DNA of 64,000 nt from Octopus sinensis (Eukaryota), in contig NC_042998.1 in the NCBI RefSeq assembly GCF_006345805.1, positions 118,606,001 to 118,670,000 of the forward strand. Reading direction: 5' to 3'. Positions within the stretch are counted from its first letter, which is position 1. Each line of letters begins with the position of its first letter. The notes under the pieces were generated by a model. It made no database searches, had not been told where the DNA came from, and was given only the letters and a program-made list of their open reading frames with translations. This document shows, piece after piece, positions 40,301-51,233 of this stretch. The position numbers were made by a program, and so were the translations under genes.

Positions 40301-43300
40301 GAAGATGTTCATTACGATTATTTTCTTATTTTATTTTTCTGTACATATAATTGCTGCAATTGTTTGCAGTTCGACGTTAAATATATATTTCATCATGTGC
40401 TCAAGTATCAAAGATGCTCATTAATACAAATACTTCAAGTTGGCCAGTGTATGAATTCCATTTCTTGTTCATGATAAATTGGCATAGAAACTCCATGCAA
40501 ACATAAGATATTTAGAAATACCCCAAAAGTCAAATCTCACTGAATACTATAACACAATTAAGCATATGTATACATATTGTATATTATAATGTTGTGTTGT
40601 TTTCTATATTTAAATATCTGCGTTTAATATATAATATTATTTTTTTCATTTCAAGAATTTCTCCTTGAATTTATTTCATAGAATTATGGCAGTTATTTCC
40701 AATTTTATCAACGGATTTTCCAACAATTGCCTTTTATTTATTTTTTAATCTAAGTTTCAGGCAAATGCATTTATATCATTATTGGTAGATTTACATTCTA
40801 AAGTTTTACAAAATAAAATAAAGAAAAAGATATTTGCCTCGAGAAAATTTTAAATTATATTTTAGCATACCATATTGAACTTATAGCTAATGAGAGAATC
40901 TCTTCCAATCTGGATCAACTGCTAGATATTGCAACTAAATTTTCTACAAATCACGTCTTTCCTCTTATGCAAAATAGGACGCTTTGAATAATATACTTCT
41001 AGATATATTTACTGAAAAGTATCTAAAAACGTTACCTGGTCAGAATATCTGCAAGAAATAACAACCAATTTTTTTTCAATTTCCATTCAACCCTCCAATA
41101 ATATAAAGGACTCACTGGATAACGTATTACTAGCAAGGTATTCTGGAACGGAAGATATTCAGGGATAGTAAGTAATTGACAATAGATCTTTCAATTAGAG
41201 TCGTTTTGCGACTGCTTAATGAAAATGCTTTAACCAACTGAGATCTGAAATTAAATAAATCCATGTATCACTCAATGTTTGACTGTGGTACCTATCCACA
41301 AACTATGGAACACCAGTTAAGGTGCCCACTAATCTAAGAAAAAAGTAAGCACTTTCACTGACCTCGTAATTTATAATGGAAATGTAGAGAAATTTAAATA
41401 ATGCTAAATGAAGTAGGTAAAGAATCGATTTCCCTAGAAATCGTATTTTTATATTTCTCTCAAAAATATCTCCATCAATCACAATATATTCTTTGATCTT
41501 TTCTCAAGTGCGCATTTTTACTGAGCAAAGAAATATACGCAAACTTTCTACTTCTTCAGTTTAACACGTACTTTAAGTTCGCTACGCTTCTTCACAATAT
41601 ATTACTGTTTTAAAAAAAACAACGTTGGAATCATATTATCGCTTGAACATTGGGAAAATTCTTTATATTATATAAATCCCTGCATTTTCTGAATTCGAAT
41701 CTTACCGCCTTTTATTCTTTCCGATAAAATAAGATAACAGGCAAGTACTGGTAAGAATATGTGTAGACTTATAAATATGGTAGAATTCGATATGTTGATC
41801 ATAACTGAAAGAAACAACAGAGCATTGAAGGATTTCCCTTCTGCAATCGATGAAATAAGTATTCAAGTATGTGTCGATAAAATCAAATAATTCATCCTTA
41901 TTCACAAAAATCTGTAACCTAAGGAAGCTGTAATATAATTTTCAGTGCACTAAACATATGCATCATCTGTCGGAAAATCTGATATTTTGTAGTAACTTGA
42001 TTTTATTTCGTGATGCCGTTGATGTTATTCAGAGAATATTTGATAGTCATTGGTGTTGCGTATATTCTATACAAGAATGGATGTATTTAAATCGATGTCA
42101 GATAGAATCTTTGGAGATTGTAGCTATTCTTACCACAAAAGGAAAATCGCGAATGAAACGTCGGAAATCAGAAATTGTAAAATACAGAAATTCATTGGAC
42201 TCCCTTTGATTCAAGAAATGAAAGGTCAACTGAAAGCTACAACTCACTTTAGAAGTCCCTATCATGAATATAAAAGTGTAAATAGTACAAGCTTACAAAT
42301 CACAAAAACATTTCCAACGATATGGCCTCAAAGTTTGGGAAGTTAGTAAGTCTACTTCTGTAGATTTCGGTGAAGATATGTGTAATATCCTGTAATGTTG
42401 GGGAAAAGTAGAATTCATATCTTACAGATTGAAGTGCTACGACAAAAGTAAATAAAGATGAATATGCTGTATTAGATTTGTGATTTTTCGTTATACACTC
42501 CTTTTATCTTATATTACTAAAGTGTATTTCCTGCTTTGATCTGACTACTAATACCTGCACTAATCTCCAATAAATGTTTTAGTTAATTCTCTATTCTCCT
42601 GTAAATTATATTATATTGCTAAAAAAATAAGTACTTTCATTTGACCATATTACGATCAATATTAAATATAGTTGCTTTATGTCTTTGTTCATATAAAGTG
42701 TTGCATTCATATTTAACACAGACATCACGAGGAAAACCGCAAACATGATAGAAAATGATAGCAGTTTGTAAATAAAATTTATTGAACTACCTTTAAACGA
42801 TAGTGTATATTGTATCATTTAAGCCTGATTAAATAATAATTTTATTTATTACAGCAGACTATGGCATCCAATTGTTAGACACATAATGAAAACTAGATGT
42901 CGCCTCATTAAATCTAAGGAACGTTATGATATATTAACTCAAGCGATAAGCTTTTTCTATCTAAATTTTGTAAATATAACTGTAATATGCTTAACGGTTT
43001 TCTATTCTATTGTCTTTTCACAATCATTACCCATCAACCAACTCTATTGTGATGCCTGTAACTATCTGCGCAGGAAAATCATTTATAGATAGAAGTTGTA
43101 TTGAAAGAGGTATTATTATAGGAATATCTTAATGATATTTTCTACAAATTTAATAAATACAATGCTAAATATGTGTATCGGCAAACTTTTCTACTGTTAA
43201 GGAAAATATATTATAAATATTCTTCACGTAAAACATAAAAGTTTAAAATTGCATTTAGAAAATGGAATTTCGATTTCTTTTCAGTCACTCTATATGTCGC

Positions 43301-44681
43301 TCCCTTAATCTATCTAAAAATAATAAGTATATATATACGTATATGTGCGTGGGTGCTTGTGTGTGCGTATCTTTGTGTATGTGTGTGCATGTGCGCGTGC
43401 GCGTGTAAATAGAAGAAAATGGAAATTACATTGTCCAAATTTATTATGTATCATCATTCAATTGAAATATTAAACTGAAATCAAATAATGATAGATGATC
43501 ACATCATAATGTTGATAGCGTATATAAATTTCCTATCGTTATTTGCATATATATGTAAGTGGTTTTAGACGTGTTTTGTTTATTATAAAATTGGCAGTTT
43601 TTAGTGATATTTTAGTGTTCTCTAGTTGGACATATCACATAAAGTCCCCGGGGGACAAGCAACGGGAACACGAAGCAAACTTCTAAGTCACCATCAAACT
43701 AGTTTCGTACTTCGTTTATTTCTATATTTCACCAGTTTATTATTTCCAAAATTCTTCCTTTCATGCTCCAGCCCCGTTCATTCTCCATCCTAGCTGCTAT
43801 CGCACCTTTACCCTCACCAATGAACATTATCACTCCTCTCACATACACACTCGCACAGAACTTCATTTTTTCTCTTTTTTTCTTTTTTATTTTGCACACA
43901 AAGTTTACCCAGAGTAGATGGGTGTATAAATGATAATTTCGCTGCCACACTTTGATATAATTCCAGCAGATCACAGCCGATTAACTTATTTGATAGATGA
44001 ATTCCATAGTGATTAGCCTTAGCAATTGATATGACCGTAGATTTCAATAATTCTTTCTGTTTAATTGAAAAAGTAAAATGATTTTCTCTTGGACAAATTG
44101 GCAGCCTTGAAACATTATATTCCTCCCCTTTCTGCATAGAATTTTATTCAAAACTGCTGTCGTTATATCCAATTCACATTATATATTATTAAGATTTTCA
44201 GCACAGCCGATTTGTGAAGTTTTTGGTATTTATTCACACGCCTATCGCTCAGTCACAGAATGAAAAGTAGTGCCCCTTAACTCTTCCTAAATTAGGCATA
44301 GTCGAATAAGAAAATTTCACTGTTGATTTATTAAATATGAGATGGTACTTGTGATGTAGTGGGAAATTTGATTTTAGAATCTTAAAGAATAGATAAGGTA
44401 AGAATTTAATTTGAAGGTAGAAGGCAGAGGAGTACCAAATATTTTAGGATCTATAATAGAATCAATTAAAAAATCTAACATTCAATTTCAAGCAATTATA
44501 CACACAAGGACCGATAGAGTACACTATTTTAGACCTGACTACACTGGCAGAGCAGTTGAAACTTGCAATCCTAATGTGAATCAGATTCCGGCAATTTAAA
44601 CGCTTCACCATGGCCATGCAACAGCGTAATGCCTCTAATCCACCAAAACTGAAGATTATACGCTAAATTAGCAGACAAAAA

Positions 44682-45085
44682 ACCTGTAACTGTCGAGATC
44701 TCGAATGTTATCCTCTAGCGGGATTTTGTATTTGTAAAAGTGTTATATACAAATGTTGTGTATTAACACATGAAGCACAAGTGAAGACCTATATTGGTAG
44801 CACCACAGATTTCAAAGGTGCGTATCGCGCACATTTAAATTCTTTCCAAAATCCTATAAAACTTCAACTACGCTAGCTAAAGACATTCATTAGTTTAAGT
44901 TTAAAAAAAACAGAATATACTCCGACATCGTCTATTGTAACGAGAGCTCCCCCTTTTAACAGAAAATTGGGCAACTATAAATTATGCATTAAGAAATTCC
45001 TTATTATCCGCTGTTCTTAGAATTCATTATTACTAAATAAACTTTCGGACGTAGTTTACTCATGCAAACATAGATATTATTCAAT
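44682..45085 (+). pseudogene. Penelope-like GIY-YIG endonuclease relic
   Basis: TCNCRDLECYPLAGFCICKSVIYKC...KTYIGSTTDFKGAYRAHLNSF, then STTLAKDIH, KLCIKKFLII and LLNKLSDVVYSCKHR; matches the PLE CNC...CPL..C, VIY-YIG and terminal LNK..E..S.CRH pattern. Confidence 0.8.
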
Positions 45086-45470
45086 ATTTTCGAACTTTCG
45101 TAATTTAGGTTATAATTGAACCAATGTACCTATTTAAGCTAACTCTCATCATTTTCTAATCACTAATTAAATTCATTAAAAATATATTCCGCCCTTCCCC
45201 CACCTCCGCCTTCAACTTCTATGAATTCTTGATCTATAAAATTATTTAAACATTTTGTAGCATTTCAACAACTACTAATTTTGAACTTGCACAATCACTA
45301 TCAACCCTGAAGTAAGAGGCGTTGCGCAATAATGAGTATATATACTCTTTATTTTTACGGGCAATTAACCCCAGAAACGTCCATAGGGCATTTAATATTT
45401 TATTTTCTTCCAGGATTTTTAACTTTCATTTCTTTTCATCAATTTCATTTTTATTCAGTGAGTTGGGCCA

Positions 45471-45536
<66 letters not shown>

Positions 45537-45874
45537 TATCTATGTATCAATGTTCACATCTGTATATTTTTTATGTATCAGTTACCCTATATATTTCTGT
45601 ATGTATATGTTTATGTATTTTTAATATATCTATATTTTTTTTTACATATCTTTGTGCTGTATATATTCTGTATAACAATTAAGTATGTGTTTCTTGTGAT
45701 ATTTCTATGGCAATTCTATTGATGAAAGCGAGTTGGATCATTGTTTGTGGACAGAATTATCTTCACTTATATAGTTATCTTTTGCCTCACGTCTGAATTT
45801 CTTGAACACTTCTAAGTGCAAACTTTAATCTGGGGGAAAACAGGAATTTTTCTCGTATATTTCTTAAATATAAC

Positions 45875-46022
45875 TACATGTATGTATATATATATGTATG
45901 TATGTATGTACGGATGTATGTATGTACGTATGTATGTATGTATGTATGTATGTATGTATGTATGTATGTATGTATGTGTGTGTGTGTATGTATGTATGTA
46001 TGTATGTATGTACGTATGTATG
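45875..46022. repeat. (TATG)n microsatellite
   Basis: Direct run. Confidence 0.95.
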
Positions 46023-46339
46023 TATTTCACTTCTATTTTTTAATAATTATAAATCTTCCACTGAGGAGGAAGCCGGTTGCTAACAAAGATACAAGGTTCC
46101 ATCTTTGGGATGTTGTTAACACAGACAAATTCACACTTGGAACTTGAGAAAAGTCTTGCCTATTTTTACTTTTCCACTCACAGATTGCACTTGTAATGTA
46201 CGAATTAGCCGGTTGATTTCTCTTCAGAAAATCCCACTTAATCTGGATTCTACTTTAAGCATTTACTAACAAAACCTAGTTTTCCACTTAAAATGGTGTG
46301 AATATCAATTCATAATCTGGATATGGAAGCTGGAGGTTT

Positions 46340-47370
46340 CGAAGCTGTTGTCCATAGATACCCTCAGAGATTTTTATATCTGCAGGGCAGCTGACCTCTA
46401 TGCTGGGGCAAAAGTTCCCCTCCGTCTCCCCAAAATAACAATATCCAACCTGTTATGTTTACATTTGACAGAAGTTTTGATGGGAATATTCCACCAGTAT
46501 TCCTTGAGTTGGTGTTAATAAATGTATTCCATACGAGGGATTTTAAGTTTATTTCAGGACAGTCTTTTTTGCGGATGGCATTGTAAGTTGTTTTAGCAAC
46601 AACATCGTGCCGCATAGGGAGGTAGTACTATGACGACATTTTAGGACAGCTGCTAATCACATGCGTGATGTCTTCCACAGAAACATGACATAACCTACAC
46701 ATGCCGTTGCACCTTGGGGTTTCACCAGGTACATTGTGGCAATCTCCTGTTCCTGGATTGCAAACGCACAGCCTTCAAAGTGTGCTGTGATGTAATGGTT
46801 TTGTGTCTAAGAGAGGCTGCGCTTCGTGTTCATTCTATTGTCTTCTTCAAGCTTCCGGGCAACATACCCATGCATAGACTTTTTCTTTTTTTTTTGCATG
46901 CTGAGTACTTTCAATGCAGGTCTTCTTTGAGATAAGAAAGTCCAGTTGTTTGGGGGTTGTATAGATCATCAGGAAGAGAGTGCTTCTCGAGGAGCTCACT
47001 GCCAACTCGTACAATGTTGCTCACTTCACTTTACAGCACTGCATTTATACATTTATTTTTGTTGTTGTTGTTTAGCAAGTGCTGCTTGGGTGATACCATA
47101 CGGCATTCGAAGGCCGTCTGCACTGATCTCAGACCACTACATTCATTTCTTCTGTCAACATCAATGTTTCTGTGGTAGTCCCCAGTTGTTGTCAGGATTT
47201 TGCGGGTTTTAATAACTATGGAGTGGATTTCCTCTAGAGACCAATCGATTATTCCAAATATTGAGATCTGCACTGGTACTGCAAAAGCACTGTGGGATAT
47301 TGCTTCGCTATAAGAGGAGAGTTTCAACTGCCATCTTTTCCTAAGTTTGGTGTAATATTCTCGAGTCACT
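46340..47370 (-). mobile_element. RLE-type non-LTR retrotransposon (R4/Dong-like) relic
   Basis: FGIIDWSLEEI..KTRKILT, GLRSVQTAFE, CRLCHVSVEDITHVISSC (CCHC knuckle) and RHDVVAK. Confidence 0.85.
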
Positions 47371-47947
47371 CTATCTTTATTCAGAGTAGCTTCATATTAT
47401 ACATTTCTGTCTATGCCTAGGTACTTCTAATATTCTTTGTGTGGAATGGGATAGATAAAGAGCCCGTTAATGCATGGGTTTTGGGTTTGGGGGACTGACT
47501 TTCCTCGATCTATAACCAAATATTAACATTCATATTGGGCCAAACTCCATGCCTATATCAGATGAAAATTTTGTTATTAATTCCAGTGTGCATGTATATA
47601 TTTGCATGTATTATGTAGTTGATTTCATGCTTGTGGGAATGGCGAAAGTATTTCACTTCCAGAAATTACTGTCCATTACGCTTAAATTAATGCAACATTT
47701 CATATCATTACTGATCAAAAACAGCCTGCGTTCATTAAAATTTAAAACTGAATAACGTTTTTCGCATTTAATTAAGGAGCTGTGAAAAATGTGTGCAGAG
47801 CTTTCACATTGCAGTTAATGAGTAAAATACACAGTTGCGTTTTAATAAATTGGTTTGAATTTACATATATAGATACACCAATCATTCTTTTTACTTCTAT
47901 CTCCCTCTCCATGTATATATATATATATGCGTCTGTGTGTGTATGTA

Positions 47948-47986
<39 letters not shown>

Positions 47987-48111
47987 TATGCATATATGTA
48001 TATATATACATATATATATATGCATGTATGTATATATACACACACATATATATACACACACACATATATATATATATATGCATATATGTATAAATATATA
48101 CATATATGTTA

Positions 48112-48345
48112 AGGCGCATGGCTCAGTAGATAGACCGGGTTGTGTGTTTTGTTCTTGAGCAATACACTTTATTTCACATTGCTCCACTTCACTTAGCTGT
48201 AGAAATGAGTTGCTAAGCTCTATTGGCTGGTACCAGGCTGTATCGGCTTTTGCTTTTCACTTGGATAACATCGGAGGCATGGGGAGGGAAGGCTGGTATG
48301 CGTGGGCGACTACTGGTCTTCCAAAAAATATCCTTAGGTAGTGCG
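48112..48345 (+). mobile_element. SINE family C with B box deleted
   Basis: aggcgcatggctcagtag head, then ttgagcaatacactttatttcacattgctccacttcacttagctgtag conserved central domain. Confidence 0.7.
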
Positions 48346-48519
48346 TTCGCCGGTGAGGCAGTACAAACATTTTTGCAAGATATGAATACATATGTCAGTA
48401 GATAAAGCACTTCTTGCATAAAAGATAAAAGCTTTTGTTAAAGTATGATGTTCATATAACTTGCTAATAATTTTCTATTTAAGTGTTTTTATAACTTTGG
48501 TATATTTGTAAAAACTTGT

Positions 48520-49756
48520 ATAGCATGACGCCGTTCAAAATAACCCCGATCGCTGTTTCCTGCAGTAAGCAAGCTGCTACCACCCAGTTCCATACATATT
48601 CTTCAACCACTTGACGTGGCATTCTATGGGCCTCTTCAAAAAAAGTTGGAGAAGAATCTTAAATGATTGGAAGGCTTACGACAGGAAGAATTCAAAGTCC
48701 TTAACTAAAGATGCTTTTCCTGCTCTGCTCACACAGCTGCATGCTGCTCTCTTTCCTGGTAGTGTCCCTCACACCAAGAATCTGGAAAGGGGGTTCATGT
48801 AATGTGGAATTCATCCTTTTTATCCAGACAAAGTTTTGGATCAGCTACCAGACCGTGAAATGAACGAAGAAGGCGATGAAATCATCAATGTAAGAGTTTC
48901 GGATGTTGTGTTGGGAATGCTAAAGTCAATCAGAGGGTTGGATGAGAAGAGACAAGAGAGGTTGAACGTTACCCCCTAACACAAGTATAAGTACTGAGGA
49001 CATCAGTGCTTCTGGTAGTGAAATGATGGCCTCGAGTTCATCAACAGTTATAGAGAAGCACGGAGAAAAAGAACAAGAGAATTTGCATGATGAAGGGCTA
49101 AACTCTGTGCATAGTGATGTTTCTATGAATGAATGTGACAGGCACTCCGGTAATTCAGGCACGGCAAGAGCAGAAAACACAGAAAGAAAAAGTAGGTTTG
49201 TTGGAAACATTGTCATTGTGAGGTGTGAAGAGCAAACATTTCCGGTCAAGTGATCTCAACCGGAAGTAATGAAGCACTAGTGTCATCATTAACAAAATGC
49301 ATAAATGTAGGGTGGAGGTGGCCACTGAAAGAGGATAGACTCGCCTACGACTGGGAAGATGTGGTAGAAAGGAAGACAAGAGATTCCGCTAAACAACAGG
49401 GGTTTCTATCGATTTCCTGATCTTGAACAAGAATGGGGAATATAAAATATGACTTACTGATAACTGCGTGACATTTTCTTTAGTGCTATAATACTTAAAG
49501 CTGTTCGTTGACTTTTCTTTTGTATTTGTTAATAAAAGAACATTACTGTTCAACCCAAAATCAGGGGTTACTTTGAACAGCGACAATTATATAAAAAAAA
49601 TTAACCATATATTGACTGCTACTTATTTCACTTTCATATATCAGTTTACCTATTTAGTCCTCCTAACATAGTCAAATTTAGTTAAGCTTGAAAATAAGGT
49701 TATGAAATTATTGCAATAAGAAGTCTAAAACTGTTCAAAGTAACCCCGTTTCTCGG
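48520..49756 (+). mobile_element. pogo-like (DDE_1) DNA transposon relic
   Basis: HILQPLDVAFYGPL..WRRIL..W and NLERGFM*CGIHPF; 3' TIR ctgttcaaagtaaccccgtttctcgg-TA (49731-49758); related repeats near 48530 and 49565; 5' TIR not found. Confidence 0.8.
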
Positions 49757-49808
49757 TATGCCTATATATATGCATATACTTACATATACATATATATGCA
49801 TATATATT

Positions 49809-49867
<59 letters not shown>

Positions 49868-49874
49868 TATATAT

Positions 49875-50472
49875 AATTAATTAATAAGGGTGAGAGAATT
49901 AGATACTAATTTAATAGTATATCTATTCAACACCAAGTGGCCTAGTGCTTCGAGAAACCTGGATTATTATAATATTTTATAATATATTACAATATTTTAT
50001 ATAAAAATAAATATAAGAGAATGGTCACTATGTGGCTCATTCTAGCACTAGAAAATCCAAAAGGTTTCAACCACAAAAATACATGTTTCCCATGAAAGTC
50101 AGTATGATTGTTAGCTCACACGAACAGGGCAAATAAAAAATAACAAAAATACAGATTATTTTGGGACAATTGTTTCGCTATTAATGAATTAAATGTAATT
50201 TTTACATTTAATCCACTCAATTGAGTGGATTTCATCCAGATAGTTTTGGCTGAGGAGCTACAAGTCGGTTTTTTGTAAGTAAAAATTACATTTAATTCAT
50301 TAATAGCGAAACAATTGTCCCAAAATAATCTGTATTTTTGTTATTTTTTATTTGCCCTGTTCGTGTGAGCTAACAATCGTACTGACTTTCATGGGAAACA
50401 TGTATTTTTGTGGTTGAAACCTTTGGGATTTTCTAGTGCTAGAATGAGCCACATAGTGACCATTCTCTTATA
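49875..50472. mobile_element. Fold-back element C: tail 49875-50011, arms 50012-50205 / 50279-50472
   Basis: About 2 mismatches between the 194-bp arms; hammerhead spans the spacer and right arm; (TA)n on both sides. Confidence 0.85.
50244..50325 (+). ncRNA. Minimal type I hammerhead ribozyme
   Basis: Stem I TTTTGG/CCAAAA; core CTGAGGA 50250-50256; stem II GCTA/TAGC with a long loop; GAAA; stem III AC-AATT-GT; predicted GUC cleavage after 50319. Confidence 0.8.
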
Positions 50473-50701
50473 TATATATATATATATATATTATGTGAAA
50501 TAGAAAGATGAATAATCTTGTAGTAGATTAATCAAAAGTTTAACCGATACCTTGGTAGCAAAAATCACAGCAGTAAACAGCACGGTTTGAGGTACAACCA
50601 TATGGTTTTGCAACCGTGCGTTGGTGCGGATAATTGAAATTAAAATATTATTGGTGAATTGAAGAAATGGAGCTGAACGAAGATTGAACAGAAATCGTTT
50701 T

Positions 50702-50792
50702 ATTTCATTCTACACGTGTTTCGAAAGGCACAATTTACCAAAATCCGATTGAATAATGGGACCATATTGTGTCTTTCTCTTCAGGAAGAAAT
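50702..50792 (-). ncRNA. Minimal type I hammerhead ribozyme (mirror copy)
   Basis: Reverse complement of 50840-50930 with one difference, inside the stem II loop region. Confidence 0.8.
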
Positions 50793-50839
50793 GGGAAATC
50801 CGCCTCTGTTCTGTTTTTGTTTTTTCCAACGGATTTCCT

Positions 50840-50930
50840 ATTTCTTCCTGAAGAGAAAGACACAATATGGTCCCATTATTCAATCAGATTTTGGTAAATT
50901 GTGCCTTTCGAAACACGTGTAGAATGAAAT
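50840..50930 (+). ncRNA. Minimal type I hammerhead ribozyme
   Basis: Stem I ATTTC-TTC/GAA-T-GAAAT; CTGAAGA 50848-50854; stem II gaaagacacaat/attgtgcctttc; GAAA; stem III AC-ACGT-GT; predicted GUA cleavage after 50921. Confidence 0.8.
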
Positions 50931-50983
50931 AAAACGATTTCTGTTCAATCTTCGTTCAGCTCCATTTCTTCAATTCACCAATA

Positions 50984-51015
<32 letters not shown>

Positions 51016-51190
51016 ATAAATATTAGGGAATAAATCCAAATTTACAGGGAAAAAATCAGATTTAGGATTAAATCCAATTTTATAGTAAAATATTATAAAA
51101 TATTATTAGAGACAAAACCACTATTTTGCAAAACAAACAAGGAAAGACTTAATCAATACATAAAATTTTAATAAATAGTCAAAAAAACCG

Positions 51191-51233
51191 CCACTACAAT
51201 TGTTTCTTGTCTTGATCGACAATCTTCAGGTGG
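51191..51233 (-). ncRNA. Minimal type I hammerhead ribozyme (mirror copy)
   Basis: Exact reverse complement of 53372-53414. Confidence 0.85.

Larger units (their letters stand above)
50490..50991 (-). mobile_element. Fold-back element B: tail 50490-50640, arms 50641-50802 / 50830-50991
   Basis: 2 mismatches between the 162-bp arms; homologous to element A including the tail; (TA)n on both sides. Confidence 0.85.

Noticed and set aside
41702-43092. Short non-repetitive ORFs (41702-41905, 42050-42346, 42606-42818) as possible host exons, one hydrophobic
   Set aside because: No recognisable domain, weak or absent splice sites, and length and composition expected by chance in AT-rich DNA; needs BLASTX or RNA-seq.
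46065-46360. CTGAGGA at about 46071 and minus-strand CTGAGGG...CGAAAC at the LINE 3' end
   Set aside because: The first lacks a downstream GAAA; the second has a non-canonical core and no paired stems.
50370-50410. CTGACTTTCATGG-GAAACATGTA as a second hammerhead in element C
   Set aside because: Lacks the NGA of CUGANGA and has no stem II.
50641-50991. Interpreting the palindromes as MITEs, CRISPR arrays or miRNA precursors
   Set aside because: No repeat-spacer periodicity; one arm is extended by a tail rather than having symmetric TIR ends; arms are far longer than pre-miRNA stems and contain hammerhead cores.
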